Source: Eledone cirrhosa (taxonomy: Eukaryota). Taken from it: a stretch of 64,000 bases of DNA. The DNA lies in assembly GCA_964016885.1 (NCBI GenBank), contig CAXHJY010000151.1, positions 1 to 64,000 on the forward strand, given 5' to 3'. Positions 35,708 through 47,288 of the stretch are shown here, one piece after another. Position numbers and translations under genes: made by a program. The notes beneath the pieces were generated by a model. That model saw only the letters and a program-made list of their open reading frames with translations. It was not told where the DNA came from and did no database searches. Numbering within the stretch: position 1 is the first letter of the stretch; every line of letters begins with the position of its first letter.

Positions 35708-35975
35708 GGTCTGAGTTCAAATCACGCCGAGGAGGTTAACTTTGCCTTTCATCCTTACGGGGTCGGTCGGAAAACGAACCATTCCCGGTTCGCTTTCGAA
35801 GCGGGTTTCCGAAAACAGCGCTTCTCTCGACCGGGCCCGTCGTCCGCTCGGCGGTGGTTTTCATCGTCCCAGGCACGGCTAACAGGCGGAGACGGGACAA
35901 ACGCGCGTGTTCCTTTTTTTATCAGCCGCAGCGCCGTTCGTATATATGCTTAGGTTGTTTTTTTTTTAAATATCC

Positions 35976-36190
35976 TAAGTTAAGTTGGGGCTAAGTTAAG
36001 TTGAGGTTAAGTTGAGTTGGGGTTAAGTTAAGTGGGGGTTAAGTTAAGCTGGGGTTAAGTTAAGTTGAGGTTAAGTTAAGTTGGGGTTAAGTCAAGTTGG
36101 GGTTAAGTTAAGTTGGGGTTAAGTTAGGTTGGGGTTAAGTTAGGTTGGGGTTAAGTTAAGTTGGGGTTAAGTTAGGTTGCGGTTAAGTTA
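35976..36190 (+). repeat. G-rich telomere-variant repeat, 16-bp unit (TTAAG TTA[A/G]G TTGGGG)n
   Basis: About 13 units read directly from the sequence. Confidence 0.9.
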
Positions 36191-39100
36191 CATTCGCCGC
36201 CGGACTTCAGCTTCCTCATTTAGCATGGGCAGTTTTTCTTGAAAATCACACCACACACAGCAAATGTGTGTCCGCACATGTACCAGTAATTACAGATCGA
36301 TTCCGGTGAAAATTCACTGAAAACGGGCCATCCGGCCCTGTGCGTCGATCGTGGGCCGGCCGGATGTTGACGGATCGATGTGTAATTAGAAGTACATGTG
36401 CGGACACTCATTGGCTGTGCGTGGTATGCATTTCAGCAAGATATCTCCGTAACATCAAGAGTTATGGCTGTGGAGGCACACCTAGTCAAACGTAAACAAG
36501 GTCTGGAGCGTTTACGCTTCGCGATTTTGTTTACGTTTGACTAGGTGTGCCTCCACAGCCACAACTCTTGATGTTACGGAGATATCTTGCTGAAATGCAT
36601 ACCGCGCACAGCCAATGAGTGTCCGCACATGTACTTCTAATTACACATCGATCCGTCAACATCCGGCCGGCCCACGATCGACGCACAGGGCCGGATGGCC
36701 CGTTTTCAGTGAATTTTCACCGGAATCGATCTGTAATTACTGGTACATGTGCGGAGACACATTTGCTGTGTGTGGTGTGATTTTCAAGAAAAACTGCCCA
36801 TGCTAAATGAGGAAGCTGAAGTCCGCCGGCGAATGGTGTGCTTCGAAGAAAACTAATTCGAAAATGACCGTTTGCAGGCGGAGTAACCTTTTCGATCGTG
36901 GGCCAGCCGCCCGTGGTGGGATCCATCTGTAATTACTGGTACATGTGCGGACATACATTTGCTGTGTGTGGTGTGATTTTCAAGAAGAACTGCCCATGCT
37001 AAATGAGGAAGCTGAAGTCCGCCGGCGAATGGTGTGCTTCGAAGAAAACTAATTCGAAAATGACCGTTTGCAGGCGGGGTAACCTTTTCGATCGTGGGCC
37101 AGCCGCCCGTGGTGGGATCCATCTGTAATTACTGGTACATGTGCGGACACACATTTGCTGTGTGTGGTGTGATTTTCGAGAAAGACTGCCCATGCTAAAT
37201 GAGGAAGCTGAAGTCCGCCGGCGAATGGTGTGCTTCGAAGAAAACTAATTCGAAAATGACTATTTGCCGGCGGAATCACCTTTTCGGTCCTGGTCCGGCC
37301 GGATCTTGCCGGATCGATCGGAAATTTGTGGACCATGTTCGGAAGGCCATTGTGCATGTGTGGTGAAAAAAATTTGTGTCGAAATCTTCTCGGAAAATAA
37401 CGGATCGCCGGCGGAGATTGCCATTTCGATCGTGGGCCGGCCGGATCTTGTCGGATCGATTCGGACATATGTGCATCGTGTTCGCAAGGCCCTTGTCTAT
37501 GTGTGGTGTGATTTTCATAAAGAAATTCCGAAAAACCCAGTTTTAAATCTGATTTCGCCAAAGAATTTTGGCTATCAGATCGGGTTGAAAGGTATGGTTT
37601 CAGGTCGATCTGAAAGTCTAAAATGGAATTCACTCGGTTAGCTAACTATTGATATTTCGGAGATATCTTTCTGAAAATCACACCACACACTCCCAATGAG
37701 TGTCTGCACATGTACCAGTAATTACAGATGGATCCCACCACGGGCGGCCGGCCCACGATCGAAAAGGTTACTCCGAAGCACACCATTCGCCGGCGGAATT
37801 CATTTAGCATGGGCAGTTTTTCTCGAATATCACACCACACACAGCCAATGAGTGTCCGCACATGTACCAGTAATTACAGATGGATCCCACCACGGGCGGC
37901 TGGCCCACGATCGAAAAGGTTACTCCGCCTGCAAACGGTCATTTTCGAATTCGTTTTCTTCGAAGCACACGATTCGCCGGCGGACTTCAGCTGCCTCATT
38001 TAGCATGGGCAGTTTTTCTCGAAAATCACACCACACACAGCAAATGTGTGTCCGCACATGTACCAGTAATTACAGATCGATTCCGGTGAAAATTCACTGA
38101 AAACGGGCCATTCGGCCCTGTGCGTCGATCGTGGGCCGGCCGGATGTTGACGGATCGATGTGTAATTAGAAGTACATGTGCGGACACTCATTGGCTGTGC
38201 GTGGTATGCATTTCAGCAAGATATCTCCGTAACATCAAGAGTTATGGCTGTGGAGGCACACCTAGTCAAACGTAAACAAAATCGCGAAGCGTATACGCTC
38301 CAGAGCTTGTTTACGTTTGACTAGGTGTGCCTCCACAGCCATAACTCTTGATGTTACGGAGATATCTTGCTGAAATGCATACCACGCACAGCCAATGAGT
38401 GTCCGCACATGTACTTCTAATTACACATCGATCCGTCAACATCCGGCCGGCCCACGATCGACGCACAGGGCAGAATGGCCCGTTTTCAGTGAATTTTCAC
38501 CGGAATCGATCTGTAATTACTGGTACATGTGCGGACACACATTTGCTGTGTGTGGTGTGATTTTCACGAAAAACTGCCCATGCTAAATGAGGAAGCTGAA
38601 GTCCGCCGGCGAATGGTGTGCTTCGAAGAAAACTAATTCGAAAATGACCGTTTGCAGGCGGAGTAACCTTTTCGATCGTGGGCCAGCCGCCCGTGGTGGG
38701 ATACATCTGTAATTACTGGTACATGTGCGGACACACATTTGCTGTGTGTGGTGTGATTTTCGAGAAAGACTGCCCATGCTAAATGAGGAAGCTGAAGTCC
38801 GCCGGCGAATGGTGTGCTTCGAAGAAAACTAATTCGAAAATGACTATTTGCCGGCGGAATCACCTTTTCGGTCCTGGTCCGGCCGGATCTTGCCGGATCG
38901 ATCGGAAATTTGTGGACCATGTTCGGAAGGCCATTGTGCATGTGTGATGAAAAAAATTTGTGTCGAAATCTTCTCGGAAAATAACGGATCGCCGGCGGAG
39001 ATTGCCATTTCGATCGTGGGCCGGCCGGATCTTGTCGGATCGATTCGGACATATGTGCATCGTGTTCGCAAGGCCCTTGTCTATGTGTGGTGTGATTTTC

Positions 39101-42100
39101 ATAAAGAAATTCCGAAAAACCCAGTTTTAAATCTGATTTCGCCAAAGAATTTTGGCTATCAGATCGGGTTGAAAGGTATGGTTTCAGGTCGATCTGAAAG
39201 TCTAAAATGGAATTCACTCGGTTAGCTAACTTTTGATATATCGGAGATATCTTTCTGAAAATCACACCACACACTCCCAATGAGTGTCTGCACATGTACC
39301 AGTAATTACAGATGGATCCCACCACGGGCGGCCGGCCCACGATCGAAAAGGTTACTCCGAAGCACACCATTCGCCGGCGGAATTCATTTAGCATGGGCAG
39401 TTTTTCTCGAAAATCACACCACACACAGCCAATGAGTGTCCGCACATGTACCAGTAATTACAGATGGATCCCACCACGGGCGGCTGGCCCACGATCGAAA
39501 AGGTTACTCCGCCTGCAAACGGTCATTTTCGAATTAGTTTTCTTCGAAGCACACCATTCGCCGGCGGACTTCAGCTTCCTCATTTAGCATGGGCAGTTTT
39601 TCTCGAAAATCACACCACACACAGCAAATGTGTGTCCGCACATGTACCAGTAATTACAGATCGATTCCGGTGAAAATTCACTGAAAACGGGCCATTCGGC
39701 CCTGTGCGTCGATCGTGGGCCGGCCGGATGTTGACGGATCGATGTGTAATTAGAAGTACATGTGCGGACACTCATTGGCTGTGCGTGGTATGCATTTCAG
39801 CAAGATATCTCCGTAACATCAAGAGTTATGGCTGTGGAGGCACACCTAGTCAAACGTAAACAAGCTCTGGAGCGTATACGCTTCGCGATTTTGTTTACGT
39901 TTGACTAGGTGTGCCTCCACAGCCACAACTCTTGATGTTACGGAGATATCTTGCTGAAATGCATACCACGCACAGCCAATGAGTGTCCGCACATGTACTT
40001 CTAATTACACATCGATCCGTCAACATCCGGCCGGCCCACGATCGACGCACAGGGCCGGATGGCCCGTTTTCAGTGAATTTTCACCGGAATCGATCTGTAA
40101 TTACTGGTACATGTGCGGACACACATTTGCTGTGTGTGGTGTGATTTTCACGAAAAACTGCCCATGCTAAATGAGGAAGCTGAAGTCCGCCGGCGAATGG
40201 TGTGCTTCGAAGAAAACTAATTCGAAAATGACCGTTTGCAGGCGGAGTAACCTTTTCGATCGTGGGCCAGCCGCCCGTGGTGGGATCCATCTGTAATTAC
40301 TGGTACATGTGCGGACACTCATTGGCTGTGTGTGGTGTGATTTTCGAGAAAGACTGCCCATGCTAAATGAGGAAGCTGAAGTCCGCCGGCGAATGGTGTG
40401 CTTCGAAGAAAACTAATTCGAAAATGACTATTTGCCGGCGGAATCACCTTTTCGGTCCTGGTCCGGCCGGATCTTGCCGGATCGATCGGAAATTTGTGGA
40501 CCATGTTCGGAAGGCCATTGTGCATGTGTGATGAAAAAAATTTGTGTCGAAATCTTCTCGGAAAATAACGGATCGCCGGCGGAGATTGCCATTTCGATCG
40601 TGGGCCGGCCGGATCTTGTCGGATCGATTCGGACATATGTGCATCGTGTTCGCAAGGCCCTTGTCTATGTGTGGTGTGATTTTCATAAAGAAATTCCGAA
40701 AAACCCAGTTTTAAATCTGATTTCGCCAAAGAATTTTGGCTATCAGATCGGGTTGAAAGGTATGGTTTCAGGTCGATCTGAAAGTCTAAAATGGAATTCA
40801 CTCGGTTAGCTAACTTTTGATATATCGGAGATATCTTTCTGAAAATCACACCACACACTCCCAATGAGTGTCTGCACATGTACCAGTAATTACAGATGGA
40901 TCCCACCACGGGCGGCCGGCCCACGATCAAAAAGGTTACTCCGAAGCACACCATTCGCCGGCGGAATTCATTTAGCATGGGCAGTTTTTCTCGAAAATCA
41001 CACCACACACAGCCAATGAGTGTCCGCACATGTACCAGTAATTACAGATGGATCCCACCACGGGCGGCTGGCCCACGATCGAAAAGGTTACTCCGCCTGC
41101 AAACGGTCATTTTCGAATTAGTTTTCTTCGAAGCACACCATTCGCCGGCGGACTTCAGCTTCCTCATTTAGCATGGGCAGTTTTTCTCGAAAATCACACC
41201 ACACACAGCAAATGTGTGTCCGCACATGTACCAGTAATTACAGATCGATTCCGGTGAAAATTCACTGAAAACGGGCCATTCTGCCCTGTGCGTCGATCGT
41301 GGGCCGGCCGGATGTTGACGGATCGATGTGTAATTAGAAGTACATGTGCGGACACTCATTGGCTGTGCGTGGTATGCATTTCAGCAAGATATCTCCGTAA
41401 CATCAAGAGTTATGGCTGTGGAGGCACACCTAGTCAAACGTAAACAAGCTCTGGAGCGTATACGCTTCGCGATTTTGTTTACGTTTGACTAGGTGTGCCT
41501 CCACAGCCACAACTCTTGATGTTACGGAGATATCTTGCTGAAATGCATACCACGCACAGCCAATGAGTGTCCGCACATGTACTTCTAATTACACATCGAT
41601 CCGTCAACATCCGGCCGGCCCACAATCGACGCACAGGGCCGGATGGCCCGTTTTCAGTGAATTTTCACCGGAATCGATCTGTAATTACTGGTACATGTGC
41701 GGACACACATTTGCTGTGTGTGGTGTGATTTTCACGAAAAACTGCCCATGCTAAATGAGGAAGCTGAAGTCCGCCGGCGAATGGTGTGCTTCGAAGAAAA
41801 CTAATTCGAAAATGACCGTTTGCAGGCGGAGTAACCTTTTCGATCGTGGGCCAGCCGCCCGTGGTGGGATACATCTGTAATTACTGGTACATGTGCGGAC
41901 ACACATTTGCTGTGTGTGGTGTGATTTTCGAGAAAGACTGCCCATGCTAAATGAGGAAGCTGAAGTCCGCCGGCGAATGGTGTGCTTCGAAGAAAACTAA
42001 TTCGAAAATGACTATTTGCCGGCGGAATCACCTTTTCGGTCCTGGTCCGGCCGGATCTTGCCGGATCGATCGGAAATTTGTGGACCATGTTCGGAAGGCC

Positions 42101-45100
42101 ATTGTGCATGTGTGGTGAAAAAAATTTGTGTCGAAATCTTCTCGGAAAATAACGGATCGCCGGCGGAGATTGCCATTTCGATCGTGGGCCGGCCGGATCT
42201 TGTCGGATCGATTCGGACATATGTGCATCGTGTTCGCAAGGCCCTTGTCTATGTGTGGTGTGATTTTCATAAAGAAATTCCGAAAAACCCAGTTTTAAAT
42301 CTGATTTCGCCAAAGAATTTTGGCTATCAGATCGGGTTGAAAGGTATGGTTTCAGGTCGATCTGAAAGTCTAAAATGGAATTCACTCGGTTAGCTAACTA
42401 TTGATATATCGGAGATATCTTTCTGAAAATCACACCACACACTCCCAATGAGTGTCTGCACATGTACCAGTAATTACAGATGGATCCCACCACGGTCGGC
42501 CGGCCCACGATCGAAAAGGTTACTCCGAAGCACACCATTCGCCGGCGGAATTCATTTAGCATGGGCAGTTTTTCTCGAAAATCACACCACACACAGCCAA
42601 TGAGTGTCCGCACATGTACCAGTAATTACAGATGGATCCCACCACGGGCGGCTGGCCCACGATCGAAAAGGTTACTCCGCCTGCAAACGGTCATTTTCGA
42701 ATTAGTTTTCTTCGAAGCACACCATTCGCCGGCGGACTTCAGCTTCCTCATTTAGCATGGGCAGTTTTTCTTGAAAATCACACCACACACAGCAAATGTG
42801 TGTCCGCACATGTACCAGTAATTACAGATCGATTCCGGTGAAAATTCACTGAAAACGGGCCATTCGGCCCTGTGCGTCGATCGTGGGCCGGCCGGATGTT
42901 GACGGATCGATGTGTAATTAGAAGTACATGTGCGGACACTCATTGGCTGTGCGTGGTATGCATTTCAGCAAGATATCTCCGTAACATCAAGAGTTATGGC
43001 TGTGGAGGCACACCTAGTCAAACGTAAACAAGGTCTGGAGCGTTTACGCTTCGCGATTTTGTTTACGTTTGACTAGGTGTGCCTCCACAGCCACAACTCT
43101 TGATGTTACGGAGATATCTTGCTGAAATGCATACCGCGCACAGCCAATGAGTGTCCGCACATGTACTTCTAATTACACATCGATCCGTCAACATCCGGCC
43201 GGCCCACGATCGACGCACAGGGCCGGATGGCCCGTTTTCAGTGAATTCTCACCGGAATCGATCTGTAATTACTGGTACATGTGCGGAGACACATTTGCTG
43301 TGTGTGGTGTGATTTTCAAGAAAAACTGCCCATGCTAAATGAGGAAGCTGAAGTCCGCCGGCGAATGGTGTGCTTCGAAGAAAACTAATTCGAAAATGAC
43401 CGTTTGCAGGCGGAGTAACCTTTTCGATCGTGGGCCAGCCGCCCGTGGTGGGATCCATCTGTAATTACTGGTACATGTGCGGACATACATTTGCTGTGTG
43501 CGGTGTGATTTTCAAGAAGAACTGCCCATGCTAAATGAGGAAGCTGAAGTCCGCCGGCGAATGGTGTGCTTCGAAGAAAACTAATTCGAAAATGACCGTT
43601 TGCAGGCGGGGTAACCTTTTCGATCGTGGGCCAGCCGCCCGTGGTGGGATCCATCTGTAATTACTGGTACATGTGCGGACACACATTTGCTGTGTGTGGT
43701 GTGATTTTCGAGAAAGACTGCCCATGCTAAATGAGGAAGCTGAAGTCCGCCGGCGAATGGTGTGCTTCGAAGAAAACTAATTCGAAAATGACTATTTGCC
43801 GGCGGAATCACCTTTTCGGTCCTGGTCCGGCCGGATCTTGCCGGATCGATCGGAAATTTGTGGACCATGTTCGGAAGGCCATTGTGCATGTGTGGTGAAA
43901 AAAATTTGTGTCGAAATCTTCTCGGAAAATAACGGATCGCCGGCGGAGATTGCCATTTCGATCGTGGGCCGGCCGGATCTTGTCGGATCGATTCGGACAT
44001 ATGTGCATCGTGTTCGCAAGGCCCTTGTCTATGTGTGGTGTGATTTTCATAAAGAAATTCCGAAAAACCCAGTTTTAAATCTGATTTCGCCAAAGAATTT
44101 TGGCTATCAGATCGGGTTGAAAGGTATGGTTTCAGGTCGATCTGAAAGTCTAAAATGGAATTCATTCGGTTAGCTAACTATTGATATATCGGAGATATCT
44201 TTCTGAAAATCACACCACACACTCCCAATGAGTGTCTGCACATGTACCAGTAATTACAGATGGATCCCACCACGGGCGGCCGGCCCACGATCGAAAAGGT
44301 TACTCCGAAGCACACCATTCGCCGGCGGAATTCATTTAGCATGGGCAGTTTTTCTCGAAAATCACACCACACACAGCCAATGAGTGTCCGCACATGTACC
44401 AGTAATTACAGATGGATCCCACCACGGGCGGCTGGCCCACGATCGAAAAGGTTACTCCGCCTGCAAACGGTCATTTTCGAATTCGTTTTCTTCGAAGCAC
44501 ACGATTCGCCGGCGGACTTCAGCTGCCTCATTTAGCATGGGCAGTTTTTCTCGAAAATCACACCACACACAGCAAATGTGTGTCCGCACATGTACCAGTA
44601 ATTACAGATCGATTCCGGTGAAAATTCACTGAAAACGGGCCATTCGGCCCTGTGCGTCGATCGTGGGCCGGCCGGATGTTGACGGATCGATGTGTAATTA
44701 GAAGTACATGTGCGGACACTCATTGGCTGTGCGTGGTATGCATTTCAGCAAGATATCTCCGTAACATCAAGAGTTATGGCTGTGGAGGCACACCTAGTCA
44801 AACGTAAACAAGCTCTGGAGCGTATACGCTTCGCGATTTTGTTTACGTTTGACTAGGTGTGCCTCCACAGCCACAACTCTTGATGTTACGGAGATATCTT
44901 GCTGAAATGCATACCACGCACAGCCAATGAGTGTCCGCACATGTACTTCTAATTACACATCGATCCGTCAACATCCGGCCGGCCCACGATCGACGCACAG
45001 GGCCGGATGGCCCGTTTTCAGTGAATTTTCACCGGAATCGATCTGTAATTACTGGTACATGTGCGGACACACATTTGCTGTGTGTGGTGTGATTTTCACG

Positions 45101-46165
45101 AAAAACTGCCCATGCTAAATGAGGAAGCTGAAGTCCGCCGGCGAATGGTGTGCTTCGAAGAAAACTAATTCGAAAATGACCGTTTGCAGGCGGAGTAACC
45201 TTTTCGATCGTGGGCCAGCCGCCCGTCGTGGGATACATCTGTAATTACTGGTACATGTGCGGACACACATTTGCTGTGTGTGGTGTGATTTTCGAGAAAG
45301 ACCGCCCATGCTAAATGAGGAAGCTGAAGTCCGCCGGCGAATGGTGTGCTTCGAAGAAAACTAATTCGAAAATGACTATTTGCCGGCGGAATCACCTTTT
45401 CGGTCCTGGTCCGGCCGGATCTTGCCGGATCGATCGGAAATTTGTGGACCATGTTCGGAAGGCCATTGTGCATGTGTGATGAAAAAAATTTGTGTCGAAA
45501 TCTTCTCGGAAAATAACGGATCGCCGGCGGAGATTGCCATTTCGATCGTGGGCCGGCCGGATCTTGTCGGATCGATTCGGACATATGTGCATCGTGTTCG
45601 CAAGGCCCTTGTCTATGTGTGGTGTGATTTTCATAAAGAAATTCCGAAAAACCCAGTTTTAAATCTGATTTCGCCAAAGAATTTTGGCTATCAGATCGGG
45701 TTGAAAGGTATGGTTTCAGGTCGATCTGAAAGTCTAAAATGGAATTCACTCGGTTAGCTAACTATTGATATTTCGGAGATATCTTTCTGAAAATCACACC
45801 ACACACTCCCAATGAGTGTCTGCACATGTACCAGTAATTACAGATGGATCCCACCACGGGCGGCCGGCCCACGATCGAAAAGGTTACTCCGAAGCACACC
45901 ATTCGCCGGCGGAATTCATTTAGCATGGGCAGTTTTTCTCGAAAATCACACCACACACAGCCAATGAGTGTCCGCACATGTACCAGTAATTACAGATGGA
46001 TCCCACCACGGGCGGCTGGCCCACGATCGAAAAGGTTACTCCGCCTGCAAACGGTCATTTTCGAATTCGTTTTCTTCGAAGCACACGATTCGCCGGCGGA
46101 CTTCAGCTGCCTCATTTAGCATGGGCAGTTTTTCTCGAAAATCACACCACACACAGCCAATGAGT
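36191..46165. repeat. CpG-rich palindromic satellite: 1584/1780-bp units, 196-bp subrepeat, six dyad centres
   Basis: Mirror-image ORF pairs place centres at 36513, 38293, 39877, 41461, 43045 and 44825. Arms are ~480 bp around a 27-bp spacer. Confidence 0.95.
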
Positions 46166-46204
46166 TTAAAATACTCACCGTTTGATTTGGAAAAACTTAA
46201 AATG

Positions 46205-46240
46205 CTCACATATATATGTGTATGTATTTATCTATGCATG

Positions 46241-46286
<46 letters not shown>

Positions 46287-46762
46287 TATGTATTTATCTA
46301 TGTATTTATCTATATGCATGGATATATATATATATATATATATTTATCTATGTATTTATCTATATGCATGGATATATATATATATATATATGTATTTATC
46401 TATGCATGTATGAATATATAAAATATATATATATATATATGTGTGTATGTATTTATCTATGCATGTATGAATATATAAAATATATATATATATATATATG
46501 TATGTATTTATCTATGCATGTATATATATATAAAATATATACATAAATATATATATATATGTATTTATCTATGCATGTGTGCATACATATATATATATAT
46601 ATGTATTTATCTATACATGTATGTATATATATATATATACATATATAAGTATTTATCTATACATGTATGTATATATATATATACATATATATGTATTTAT
46701 CTATACATGTATGTATATATATATATATATATATGTATATAAGTATTTATCTATACATGTAT

Positions 46763-46795
<33 letters not shown>

Positions 46796-46830
46796 AGTAT
46801 TTATCTATACATGTATGTATATATAAAATA
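46205..46830. repeat. (TA)n-rich minisatellite with core TATTTATCTAT[G/A]CATG
   Basis: Core repeated more than 12 times, separated by variable (TA)n. Confidence 0.9.
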
Positions 46831-46919
46831 TTGTCATGTTTACAAAAATATTTTTCTAATATCGTGTTTAATATTTTATATTGTCGTCTGCTTCTCTTCT
46901 CACGTGGTTACTTACTCTC

Positions 46920-47288
46920 TCACCCTCTCTCTCTTTCCCCTCTCATACAACCCCTTCTTTCTCTTTCTTTCCCCTCTCACACAACCTCTTCTTTCTCTCT
47001 CTTTTTGCCAGTCCCTTCTCTCACTCTCTCTCCCTCTTCCTTTTTTATCTCTTTCTTTCTGTCTCTGTTTCCCTCCTATAGACATTCTCTCTCTCTCTTT
47101 CTGCTCTCACTCAGCCTTCTCTCTCTTTCCCCTCTCACACAGTCTTCTCTCTCTCTCTTTCCCCTCTCACACAGCATTCTCTCTCTCTCTCTCTCTCTTT
47201 CCCCTCTCACACAGCATTCTCTCTCTCTCTCTCTCTTTATTTCCCCTCTCACACAGCCTTCTCTCTCTATCTATCTATCTCTCTCTCT
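46920..47288. repeat. Pyrimidine-rich repeat (CT)n with TTCCCCTCTCACACAGC cores; contains the empty Tx1 site
   Basis: Ends in CTATCTATCTATCTCTCTCTCTGGAG, matching the Tx1 3' flank at 5738. Confidence 0.85.

Noticed and set aside
36500-36526. Direct homology to a phage protelomerase target site
   Set aside because: There is only a superficial short dyad resemblance, and no resolvase or protelomerase gene is in the window.
27358-46546. Many repeated 60-366 aa ORFs (MVPGFTMIV..., MDPTTGG..., MGPVGRRR...)
   Set aside because: They are by-products of tandem repeats. They occur on both strands, frameshift with A-tract length and show no domain motifs.
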